IMG/VR virus record: IMGVR_UViG_3300009136_000006
Coordinates: 1 to 60,025 of that record
DNA from: a virus
Lineage: Duplodnaviria > Caudoviricetes
Direction: 5' to 3' (one strand)
Length of the DNA: 60,025 nt
Below are positions 30,105-40,200 of this stretch, one piece after another; position 1 is the first letter of the stretch; every line of letters starts with the position of its first letter. The notes below the pieces were generated by a model. That model was not told the DNA's origin. It searched no databases and saw nothing but the letters and a program-made list of their open reading frames with translations. Position numbers and translations under genes: made by a program.

Positions 30105-30689
30105 TTATACTGGAACAGCATATCCTCTAAATGTCGTAATCGCAACTTGCCAAAAACTTGCATCAGATAATGGAGTTATATAGAATTCACCACCATTAGC
30201 AACAAAATCAGCACCCGAAAATAACGGAATCGCGAAATTAAATGATTGTGCAGTGCTATTTCCCTTTGCAAAAACACCGGTCTCTTGAAATATAACACCA
30301 GCTCCACCACCAACATCTAGCTCTAATTCAAACCGATTTGTGATTGCTACATCTGACCATCCTGTTACCGCCATACGAACCATTCCCCATTCTCCAACAG
30401 TGCCCGGAACTAATCTATTTGTTCCTGTATCCCAAAACTCACTACCATGTGATGATTGAGTATCTAGTACACCGTCACAAGTCATTTTTGTTCTAACACC
30501 AGCAGCAATTGCTCGCTTACTACCAAATGTATATGTGCTGTCTAAATGAAAATCCCATTGATGCCCTTGAATAGAATCGATACTAACGATAAAATCTCTT
30601 ATGTCTTGAGCCGTAATCGATCCGTTCGTTTGACCATCATTAAATAGTTGTGTCAATAATTCATTTTGTGTTCTAATTGTATCTGCCAT
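30105..30689 (-). CDS. putative virion structural protein
   Basis: 194 aa; ITAQDIRD N-terminal motif, beta-rich C-terminus. Confidence 0.55.
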   Translation of the reverse strand: MADTIRTQNELLTQLFNDGQTNGSITAQDIRDFIVSIDSIQGHQWDFHLDSTYTFGSKRAIAAGVRTKMTCDGVLDTQSSHGSEFWDTGTNRLVPGTVGEWGMVRMAVTGWSDVAITNRFELELDVGGGAGVIFQETGVFAKGNSTAQSFNFAIPLFSGADFVANGGEFYITPLSDASFWQVAITTFRGYAVPV

Positions 30690-30719
30690 TATTAAGTACC
30701 TGTATTATTCCTTTATTTA

Positions 30720-31547
30720 TTAATCGAACTCTGCTGAGAACTCATTACTAAATGGATTACCGAGTGCAGGAATTCGTTCAAAGATAGATGTTATTGATGA
30801 AATGCCGTTTTCATCTTTAAGATCGTACACTCTTATTGGTGTTATTTGATCATCATCGTATACTGTTAACGTAAATGCTGTTTCATCAATTAACGTTCTG
30901 TTCTTGTGATATTTAAGAATTTCATCAACAACAAGAAGGATATTGGATACGTCTACAGTAATAATATCAAGTTTAGTATCTAATAATGATACTTGACTAT
31001 CAATACTACCTACTATCATATTAGTATCATTAACAGTTTCTTGAATGTCATCAGTTGTAACAATAATCTCATCAACGTTTTCATCAACAATATCAATCTT
31101 AGCTTCAATTGTATTCATTTGATCAGTAATAACAGTTTGTGTTAATGAAGAAGTCTGAAGTCGAATTGAAGTATTGAAATTACCAAATGTTACAGAAAAG
31201 ATATCCAAGTTAGGATCTTGAGCAAACAGGTTACCAACTAATGTATATATAATGTCCTCTTCCGGCGGTTTAATTCTCCACCCACCTTGCTGTGGACTAC
31301 CTGCAGAAGAAGTGTGTTGATTTTGTAGAAAGTAATAGTCACCAGCTTCCAAACCACCACCGAGATCGTCACCACCGATTGTACGAAACATTTGTGGATA
31401 CTTTGCGTTATCGCCCAATAATATCCATTCTTTCCAGTATGAATATAGTTCTATTTGGACACTGGCACTTCTGGCACCGTCATATGGAGAACCTGCTCCA
31501 GATTCAAGAGTTACAAGAAGATTTGGACCGTCTATTAAAATCGGCAT
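30720..31547 (-). CDS. putative virion structural protein with coiled coil
   Basis: 275 aa; LYSYWKEW motif shared with 32127..34769 (IYSFAKEEW); heptad region; C-terminal FSNEFSAEFD. Confidence 0.6.
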   Translation of the reverse strand: MPILIDGPNLLVTLESGAGSPYDGARSASVQIELYSYWKEWILLGDNAKYPQMFRTIGGDDLGGGLEAGDYYFLQNQHTSSAGSPQQGGWRIKPPEEDIIYTLVGNLFAQDPNLDIFSVTFGNFNTSIRLQTSSLTQTVITDQMNTIEAKIDIVDENVDEIIVTTDDIQETVNDTNMIVGSIDSQVSLLDTKLDIITVDVSNILLVVDEILKYHKNRTLIDETAFTLTVYDDDQITPIRVYDLKDENGISSITSIFERIPALGNPFSNEFSAEFD

Positions 31548-31552
31548 AAGTC

Positions 31553-31714
31553 TTACTCTTCATCTGGTGTTGCAAGAATCTTTACAATTTCCTGACGAAT
31601 AACGTTGTAATCTTTCACTAACGAATTTACATCATACCCTTCAGGCGGGTTGTCGATGTAATGTTCTATTACCTTTTCAATGTTGTTAATCGCTCGTTCA
31701 ATATCTCTCTTCAT
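31553..31714 (-). CDS. small hypothetical protein (53 aa, not in ORF track)
   Basis: manual translation MKRDIERAINNIEKVIEHYIDNPPEGYDVNSLVKDYNVIRQEIVKILATPDEE; fills the gap between neighbours. Confidence 0.6.
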   Translation of the reverse strand: MKRDIERAINNIEKVIEHYIDNPPEGYDVNSLVKDYNVIRQEIVKILATPDEE

Positions 31715-31726
31715 TATTATTTCTCA

Positions 31727-32023
31727 TTATGCCTGACGAGTAAATGCTGGAGGAGATTTAACACCTGTCGCACGATCATATCCACCCTTTCGCTCATCCC
31801 ATTCATCTTCAACAATTATTTCAAGAGGATGATTTGGGTCAACATCCCACGTAAACGTAAATGTTTTCCACGACATACCAAATTGGAATTGAGATTCCAT
31901 GTATTGTTTAAGATCGTCATTAACAACGTCTTTGTTTTCGCGAATACGGAACATTCTATAACGAACGTTTCTGCGGAAGTCACGTGTGTTTGGTGGGAGA
32001 TTTAAATCTTCTTTATCTAGCAT
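31727..32023 (-). CDS. hypothetical protein
   Basis: 98 aa; late promoter TATAAATA (minus) at 32101-32108. Confidence 0.6.
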   Translation of the reverse strand: MLDKEDLNLPPNTRDFRRNVRYRMFRIRENKDVVNDDLKQYMESQFQFGMSWKTFTFTWDVDPNHPLEIIVEDEWDERKGGYDRATGVKSPPAFTRQA

Positions 32024-32126
32024 TTTATACCCTTTTTATTATTATAAATCAGCACGATCCCGTTTCCAGAATCGTGCTGAATGTTTAACTTACTCAGAAG
32101 TATTTATAACTATCAAAAAGGTCCTA

Positions 32127-34769
32127 TTATGTAGAATAGTTACGTTCAAGAGCCGCAACAAGACTGAAGTTGTTTGTCTTCGTACTCTCAAGTGTTCCGG
32201 TTGTTATAACGAACTGAGCTGTATTCAATCCAATAGCAACAACTGTTACCGGAGCATCTACACCCGCTGATCCAGCACCACGTTGAACGTTGAAGTCGTA
32301 GTCAAATGTGAACGCAACTGATGGAGCACCACTAACTGTACCAGTAATTGGAATACTATCAGCATCCTGAACTATGATCGCATCTTTAGTACCATAATCG
32401 CGAGCAAGGTTATCACCGGCGTCATCAGTAGTAAAGAACATCCAGTACTTTGCATCACTGTCATTCTGAAGGTTGTTGTTAAAGCTGATAACACCTGTTG
32501 CAACGAATGCATACAAACGACCAGTTCCTGTTGCATCACCGAACGTTACGTTGTTCAAATCAGCAGGAGCAATATCATCAATGTGCATATTTGTTGTTGT
32601 ACCCGTTGGCGCTGCAAACGACATTAACAAGTCAGTTATATCACCACGATTTACACCATCACCAAAGTCGATGTCAGTATTTTGACGAAGTTGGTGTTGT
32701 ACGAACTGATAAGCTTCAGATGCGAGACCACCATTACCAAATAAGCGCCATCCAAATCCGTAAACTACAGATGAGATTGTACGCTTGAATGGGGTGTTAA
32801 CTGCAATTGTAGCAGTAGTGTCGTTGGTATCAGCAGTAAGTATATCAGTACCTACAAGAGTAATTACGCTTGAAGTAGCAGATGCAACCGTATATAAACC
32901 ATCATTTGCTGGAACTGTAGAGTTTGCAACAGTAACAATATCACCAGCTGTAACAGCACCCCAAGGAGTTCCTGTTGATGTGATTGTATCTGGATTTGCA
33001 TCAGCAAAATCAAAACCTGCGCCGCCATCAAGTGCTGCAGCGACAAGAACATCAAATTTGAATTCAAGGTACATTCCAGGCTCTGTAACATAGAAATCAA
33101 TACCTGTAAGTGTACCACCAGTAAATGCTCTATCAGTTGTATCCAATGTTAATTGGTTATCCGTATCGTTTGAAATAACTTTATATACGCCAGAGTGTTC
33201 ATTTGATGGTTCATTAATAACAACCATATCACCTGCAGCAATACCAGCACCAGTAAAGCCACCAGTTGCGGATGACAATGTACCAGTTACTGTTGAAACA
33301 TCGGCAATAACACCATCGGTTTGTTGTGGATGAATATCAGAAGTTTCAACTGTAAATGTAATACCTGTATCACCAGTGAATGTTCCATCAGCAATTGACA
33401 ATGTTAATTCGTTAGCACCTACAACAGCAACGATATCATATACTCCTGCATCAGTACCTGCTAGTGTAAGTGAGTCACCAATTCGTACTCCATCAGCGAC
33501 AAAAGAAGCAGTAGCAGAAGTAAATGTTCCTGTACCTGCAACAGTCACACCGTCCACTTGAGCACCAGTAATTGGCTTATCAACAACAGCATTTGTATAC
33601 GGTGTTGTCGAACGAATTGCGCCATCAGTAGCTGTAATCGCAGCGTCATCTGCGTGAGCAAGTGGGAATCGGTTAACAATTGTTTGGATTGTTGTTACAC
33701 CAATATCCGATATTTGTGATCCGGAATATGTCTTAGTCTTTTTACGTACGAACAATTTCAAGAACGTTCTACGATCATCATCTGGAGAACCAGCTGTATC
33801 CAATGTTAAGATAGCTTGGTTAACCGCACCTGTCAAAACGAAGTCGACGGGAGCAGTTGATGTACTAATTTGTTGGTAGTATACCTGTGCGTCAGCATCT
33901 AGTGTTCCCAACGTGATGATTCCAGCATATTCAAAATCTGTTGCTGATGCGTTGTCTTTATCAGCCCATCCACCAGTTCTGATATAGTGAATAGTTTCGT
34001 CTGTATCGGTAGGACCGTTGAACCAAGTCCAATCGAAGTGAGCGGCACCACCACCGATTTCCATCTGCTCCGATGTGATCGCTTCGAATGGAAATTCGTG
34101 CTTGATCAAATCGTCGCGGTTAAATTGCATTGAGTCCACTCGCCACTCTTCCTTAGCGAACGAATAAATTGACTGAAGTGTCGCACCATCTGCAGCAGAG
34201 CCACCTGATGGATCGTGAATGTTATAAGCAATAACTTCAAAGCTTGGAGAACCAACTACACCGTATGCATCAAATGCTGTGAAGCCAGTAAACGCATCAA
34301 CAGTAACTGTAGTTGTTCCAACTGTATTAATGTTGTAGTGACCGGCGTTTGGTCCACTGTAAATACATAAAATATCATTAACGGAAACACCTGCTGAACC
34401 AAAGTCTTTTGTAAGATCTTCAAATATGAGAGACGCACCAGCTGTTTGTCCTTCAGAGAAGTTAAATGTTATTGTATTTTCTGTTGCTGCGAAATCTCTG
34501 TCAACCGTAACAGTGTTTGCTGTCAAAAATGCAATAATTTCGTAGCTTCCGATATTGTTTCCACTCTCTATAATAATATGAGCGCCAACATCATTTGCAG
34601 CAAACGCGTATGATGTACTTGTAAACGTAGGATCATTGATTGTTACATCACCATCAACACCATCATTATATGTTAATGCTCCAACCGGAAAAAAAGCAAT
34701 TTCCTGTGGGTTCGTACCAAAAATTATTTGTTGACGATCTAAATTGTCTGGGTCGACGATAATTGCCAT
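32127..34769 (-). CDS. large virion structural protein with repeated beta-barrel-like modules
   Basis: 880 aa Thr/Gly/Asp-rich; repeated F...GV..GD.....N.G.Y.I..V modules; late promoter 34817-34824. Confidence 0.7.
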   Translation of the reverse strand: MAIIVDPDNLDRQQIIFGTNPQEIAFFPVGALTYNDGVDGDVTINDPTFTSTSYAFAANDVGAHIIIESGNNIGSYEIIAFLTANTVTVDRDFAATENTITFNFSEGQTAGASLIFEDLTKDFGSAGVSVNDILCIYSGPNAGHYNINTVGTTTVTVDAFTGFTAFDAYGVVGSPSFEVIAYNIHDPSGGSAADGATLQSIYSFAKEEWRVDSMQFNRDDLIKHEFPFEAITSEQMEIGGGAAHFDWTWFNGPTDTDETIHYIRTGGWADKDNASATDFEYAGIITLGTLDADAQVYYQQISTSTAPVDFVLTGAVNQAILTLDTAGSPDDDRRTFLKLFVRKKTKTYSGSQISDIGVTTIQTIVNRFPLAHADDAAITATDGAIRSTTPYTNAVVDKPITGAQVDGVTVAGTGTFTSATASFVADGVRIGDSLTLAGTDAGVYDIVAVVGANELTLSIADGTFTGDTGITFTVETSDIHPQQTDGVIADVSTVTGTLSSATGGFTGAGIAAGDMVVINEPSNEHSGVYKVISNDTDNQLTLDTTDRAFTGGTLTGIDFYVTEPGMYLEFKFDVLVAAALDGGAGFDFADANPDTITSTGTPWGAVTAGDIVTVANSTVPANDGLYTVASATSSVITLVGTDILTADTNDTTATIAVNTPFKRTISSVVYGFGWRLFGNGGLASEAYQFVQHQLRQNTDIDFGDGVNRGDITDLLMSFAAPTGTTTNMHIDDIAPADLNNVTFGDATGTGRLYAFVATGVISFNNNLQNDSDAKYWMFFTTDDAGDNLARDYGTKDAIIVQDADSIPITGTVSGAPSVAFTFDYDFNVQRGAGSAGVDAPVTVVAIGLNTAQFVITTGTLESTKTNNFSLVAALERNYST

Positions 34770-34852
34770 TACTACTTCTCCGTATTAAAATTAATTATAA
34801 ATTTGTTTGTTGTGTTTATTTATAGGTAAACTCTTAAAATGTACCTTTTCTG

Positions 34853-36715
34853 TTATGGTGGATTACTGTATACTCGATCGACAGCTTGTTGTACTGGAAT
34901 GTTTTGGTCTGCTCCACTCAACACAATATCTACAATACGAATATCTTTAAAGTCCAAATGAAAAACAACTAGATATGCGTCTACATCACTTGCAGCATTA
35001 TAATTGTATGTAAATGTTCCTCTGACTGTTAACGTGAATGTTGCATTGCTGTTTCCAGCATCAGTAACAGATGCTGGTGATGGTGGATCAACAGAATAGT
35101 CGCCAGCTGTTGTAATTGATACGGCTGTAATCACGCCACCAGTTTCTGCCGTTACGGTTAATGTTGCTGCCGTTCCAGTTCCACCAACAACTGTTAACAC
35201 GTCACTAACACTATAACCAGTTCCTCCATCGAATATCTTGGCAACTACTACTTCACCGTTTTGATTTTCAATTCCAGCAAGTTCTGTTTTAGTAGTATCA
35301 TATACTCTAACTTCTGAGTTTGTGACAATATTAGAAACAGAGAAGGTAATTGGATTAACAATATCTGTAGTTGCTCCACTTCCGTTTAATACAGTAGGAG
35401 AGTCACCACCAAGAACATTAATTGTTACTAATCCACCTGAGTCATTAAACACAGCGGCAGTGTCAGACGCATCTAATCCATATCCATTATATGTAAAATT
35501 AGTAAAATCATATGTCCCTGTAGCAGTAATATAAATGGCGTGTCCAACGATTGGAGAGCCTGTTCCATCACCATAGTTAAATATTAAATCTTCCCAGTTT
35601 GCAGATCCGTCTGCATCTAATAGTATTCCGCCATCTATGTTGGTTGTATCAGAAATAGTATTACCAGTAAATGTAACATCACCAGGATCAATTTGTCCTG
35701 ATTCAGTAAAAACATTGTTTGTTATATTATGACCTGTTGCATCAGCAGCATTGGAAAACGTTACCGAGTTACCAAGACCAACAAAAGCGTTAGCGTCTAA
35801 CGTTAATGTATCAAGATTGCCACCAGAAAAATCCATTGAGACTAGCGGTCCAGCAGTTGTGATTGTGCAACCCGATAGCGAGAATAAATTTGTTACACCA
35901 GCACTGCCTGCCACGTTAATATAATATTTGTCGTCACTAATGTTTCTGTCTTCAAAAGAGAGAACGCGGCCTACATCTTCGAAATAACAATCTGTTATTG
36001 GAGAGCTTGCATCACCAAAGTTTAGTGGACCTTGAGCACTATACAATCCTGTACTCAATGTTCGTATAATTCCGTGTGCTTTGCCATCTGCCGATGATTG
36101 GTCTTCATTAACAATTTCTTGCAAGGTACCTCGCGCACCTGTTGTGCCGCCTGATATTCTAAGCCCATCATTCCCATAACGAATAATATCTGTCGCAACG
36201 TTTACACCACCACCCAATCCCTTTGATAGTGTAGTAAAATCTGAGCCTATTTGAGTAATGTTTGTTAAGTCAAGGGCTGCGAATGTGCCTGCTATTTCCT
36301 CTGTGTGTCCGGCGGTGTCCATTGCAGATGCTTGTGATCCGTCAAGAACCAAGCAATCCCAGTCAACTTGGATTCCTGTCCCTGCATCCAGATGTGCAAA
36401 AACTTTTCGATTATTGCCTGCCATCATAAATGAAACTTGATCTGTGCCATCGCCTAACATTAATGCGTTGGGTGGTGGTGACGTATCCCACGGATCCTGC
36501 AATGCAAAGTTGTTAGACCACACATATATTAGCATATCAGACATATCAACTGCTGTTTTTGTGGCATAAAGCTGACCTGTTGCAATGTTCAATGTATCAA
36601 TAATTGAATTCGCTGCTTCAGCAAATACTGTAGAGAGTGCATCACCTGTATTCCAATCTGTGATGGTATCGGCATCGTCCCATGTAGTTCTTGTATCTGT
36701 TACTGTTACTGACAT
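34853..36715 (-). CDS. virion structural protein, beta-helix-like central region
   Basis: 620 aa Thr/Asp/Gly/Asn-rich; GGTGYSVSD...GDYSVDP motif typical of tail/baseplate proteins. Confidence 0.65.
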   Translation of the reverse strand: MSVTVTDTRTTWDDADTITDWNTGDALSTVFAEAANSIIDTLNIATGQLYATKTAVDMSDMLIYVWSNNFALQDPWDTSPPPNALMLGDGTDQVSFMMAGNNRKVFAHLDAGTGIQVDWDCLVLDGSQASAMDTAGHTEEIAGTFAALDLTNITQIGSDFTTLSKGLGGGVNVATDIIRYGNDGLRISGGTTGARGTLQEIVNEDQSSADGKAHGIIRTLSTGLYSAQGPLNFGDASSPITDCYFEDVGRVLSFEDRNISDDKYYINVAGSAGVTNLFSLSGCTITTAGPLVSMDFSGGNLDTLTLDANAFVGLGNSVTFSNAADATGHNITNNVFTESGQIDPGDVTFTGNTISDTTNIDGGILLDADGSANWEDLIFNYGDGTGSPIVGHAIYITATGTYDFTNFTYNGYGLDASDTAAVFNDSGGLVTINVLGGDSPTVLNGSGATTDIVNPITFSVSNIVTNSEVRVYDTTKTELAGIENQNGEVVVAKIFDGGTGYSVSDVLTVVGGTGTAATLTVTAETGGVITAVSITTAGDYSVDPPSPASVTDAGNSNATFTLTVRGTFTYNYNAASDVDAYLVVFHLDFKDIRIVDIVLSGADQNIPVQQAVDRVYSNPP

Positions 36716-37140
36716 TTTGTCTGCCTATCATACATTACTGCGACTAAGATTTGATGCGGCCACATAACGCCGTTATTAACAACTGTCTGTAATCGCACAG
36801 ACAAATCACCTTCACGCTTACGCTCCATAGGAGATCGACCTGCGTTACCAAAAAAATATACTGCGTTTTCTGGATGCTCAAATTCATCTAAAGTTGTTTC
36901 GCCTTTCTCATCTACGAACACTCGTACACAATCCTCGCTAAATTCTTCGACCATATTTGCTACCTTCTCATATTCAGTTAAATGCATCTTACGGTGATTT
37001 TCGTTGTGAGTTATTCCTGTAACAGGGGACATTGCCCAATCCGCAATACCAAATTCACGAAGAGGAAATGTCCACAGATGAGATTCACACAAAGGAGTGT
37101 TCCAATTTAATTCCCAAATCCCTGCGACTTTGACCGTCAT
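36706..37140 (-). CDS. SPOUT (SpoU/TrmL-like) methyltransferase-fold protein, divergent
   Basis: TTLDEFEHPENAVYFFGNAG...VRLQT...VAVMYDR resembles the SpoU knot region; 144 aa. Confidence 0.6.
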   Translation of the reverse strand: MTVKVAGIWELNWNTPLCESHLWTFPLREFGIADWAMSPVTGITHNENHRKMHLTEYEKVANMVEEFSEDCVRVFVDEKGETTLDEFEHPENAVYFFGNAGRSPMERKREGDLSVRLQTVVNNGVMWPHQILVAVMYDRQTKCQ

Positions 37141-37183
37141 GATCTAAACACCCTCTTATTTGTTGCTTTATGCGTATAGGTTA

Positions 37184-37229
37184 TATTTATGAACGAAACC
37201 TATATAGGTTAAAGTCCTTTGTATAAATA
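37184..37229. promoter_or_regulatory. divergent pair of late promoters
   Basis: TATTTATG 37184-37191 (minus), TATAAATA 37222-37229 (plus). Confidence 0.7.
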
Positions 37230-37260
37230 TAAGAAGACTATTATCCAAGAGGTTTCCAGA

Positions 37261-40200
37261 ATGAAAGTATCATTTCGTCAAGGCATTATCAGACATCCAG
37301 TAAGCAACGGTTTGCAAGACTTTTTGCGAGTCAATGGATCATATGTTGATTTAGTAGCTGACAACGGTGATATTGATATTAATTTTGCGCACATATTAGC
37401 AAATTATTACTACACTGAATCGAACACAGTATCACAAGCTTGGGGACCGTTTACAGCAAGTACAGATCAATGGTTATACTGGGATATTGATTTATTAACT
37501 GGTGCTCGTACGTTTGGAATTACTTTACTCGAGCCAATTACATCTGATTCAGAACCAACTTCACCAGCCGATGATCAACATTGGTTTGATAGTGTATCTA
37601 CCACAATGTTTGTATATTCGAGTGGTGCATGGAATGCTCGTGTTCGAGTATTTTCAGCAATGTTCAATGGTGTTAACGTATTCACATCGATGTCAGGTGG
37701 ATTGTTGCAATATCCGTTCGCAGGTTCACAAGTTAGCTTAGGAACAGAAACAAACTTCTCAGGAAGAATTGTTTTTGATGGAACTGGTGCAGTCGTAACG
37801 AAAACATCAACTGAACTTTTTACAACAGAAGATCAATTCTTCGCTGAAGGATCAGATATTAGTGCTGTTCGATTAGAGTCAAATGTTCATCAGGCAACGA
37901 CATATGAAACGATTGGTGCTTACAATATTGTAAAATACATGTCTGATGGAAGAATTCAATTAGCGGCATATAATGATATCGGTGATACAGTTGTTGGTGT
38001 TGTTCCAGAAGCAACACTTCAAGGAAATATTGGAACAGTTATAGTTCAAGGCTCCATTAAAAATATTAGTTGGACATGGACAACAGTTAACGCTCCATTA
38101 TGGATTAATGACAGTGGAGAGTTAACAGAAACAGATTTGAGCATATCCGATCCATCAGGACACCCAGTTAAGCACGTTCCAGTCGGTCGTGTTATATCAT
38201 CAAACGAAATTATTTTTGAACAAGGTCTTGGTGGAATAGGAAGACAAGGTCCGCAAGGCGATGCTGGTCTGGATGGTGGATCTGCTTGGGGAACAATCGC
38301 TGGAACATTATCAGATCAAACAGATTTACAAACAGAATTAAATGCAAAGGCGGATAACAGTCACACACAAGCGGCGACTACTGTTACTGTCACTGCTGCA
38401 GGAAATATCTCATCAGCAAACGTTCAAGCTGCACTGGAAGAATTAGATACGGAGAAACTTGCTGTCACTGGTGGTACACTTACTGGATCGTTGATACTTG
38501 ATGGTGATCCATCAGTCGCACTTGGTGCTGCAACTAAACAATATGTTGATAATTCTACGAGTCCTCCAGCAGGCGCAAATACACAACTACAATATAATAG
38601 CAGTGGTGCATTTGGAGCGAGTGCTAACTTAACTTATGATGGAACAGCCATTGATTTAGATGGAAGAATTGAGTTATCGAGTGCAACTTCTGGAACACCA
38701 AATGTTCGTTTTGAACAAACTGGTGAAACAGCCGACGAAGGAAACTGGGAAATAAAAGTTACAGATAATGAATTTTCAATTCATGCAGCAAACGATGCCT
38801 ACGATTCAATATCAGAAATGATAAAAGCTGAAAGAGGAACAGGAGAGTTAGTTTCAGTTTTAAATATTGGATCAACAGAAGTTGATCAATTAGAATTATC
38901 TGCTGCGACCGTAGTTAATGTTAATACACCGCTGGTCTCGTTAGCAAGTGATACAGCATCAGCAGGATTTAATATTCCAGAAGGCGTTGCTCCAACGTCT
39001 CCAGTCGATGGTGATATGTGGGTTACCATTGATGATATATTTGCACAAATTAATGGTACAAGCGAATCACTTCTTGGTGGAGGTGGAGGTGTTCCAGCAG
39101 GCGGAACCGTAGGTCAGTTTTTGATTAAACAATCTGCAACAGACGGCGATGCTATATGGGATGATTTAGGTGCTTCGGTGGCTGGCAGTGAATATTGCCC
39201 AGGTTATGGATATACATTTATAAATGTAGGTAGCTTTAGTGTTCCTGGTGTTGATGTTACTAACCTTATAGCAACTGGTCGAAACTTAAAATTTATCGAA
39301 GGAACAACATTTACATACGGCGAAGTAGTATCTAGTTCATTTGGTGGCGGTGTCACTACCGTAATAATGGACATGAATGGCGCAGAAGAATTAACTGCTG
39401 GAGTTACTGAATTTTGTATGGTAACTGGAGCAACAACTTGGAGCCCAGCGGCCGCTGATCCATTTTCCGGTAATGCAATTCAGGATATAGTCAGTGGTTC
39501 CGTTGGCGGCACAATATACTGGGTTATAGTCGGCAATGGCGGCAGAATAGCGTATAGCACAGACGGTGGTCTTACATGGACTACAAGTTCATCCGGCACA
39601 GTAGAAAACTTATATCAAGTAGATTTTAATCCTAATGCTGAGACATTTGTAGCGGTAGGTAACGGAGAAGTAATCACACGTAGCACAGACGGTATTAACT
39701 GGACAGCAGACACCGTTCAAGTTAATACAATAAAAACAGACGGCGACGGCGATGTTCTTGGCGTTATTTACCATCCTAAACTTGGTGTCGATGAATGGAT
39801 GATTGCATTCCAATCAGCAGCAGTAGGCACAATAGCTATGGCTTATAGTACAGACGACGGCGTTACGTGGACTGTTTTTGAAACATCGTTAGTGACAAAC
39901 GCAACGAGTATTCGTGACAGCGGCCTGAATGTTTTTCGGACGACTGCTAATGTATTACAAGGCGTAATGTACGCAAGCTCAGCTGACGACGTGTATTACG
40001 TTACAGACAGAACCGACATTTCTGACCAAGTCTTAATAAACAACAGCGGCCGCGCAAAAGTCACAGCCTTAATATCAAGAGACTGGACATTGGGCGGAGG
40101 ATTAGCACATTTTCAAGGTTTTGCTGATGGCGAAATTGCACGAAGTACGAGCAACTTTGAAACCACTCCTAACACTACATTTGGCACAAGTGCTATTAGA

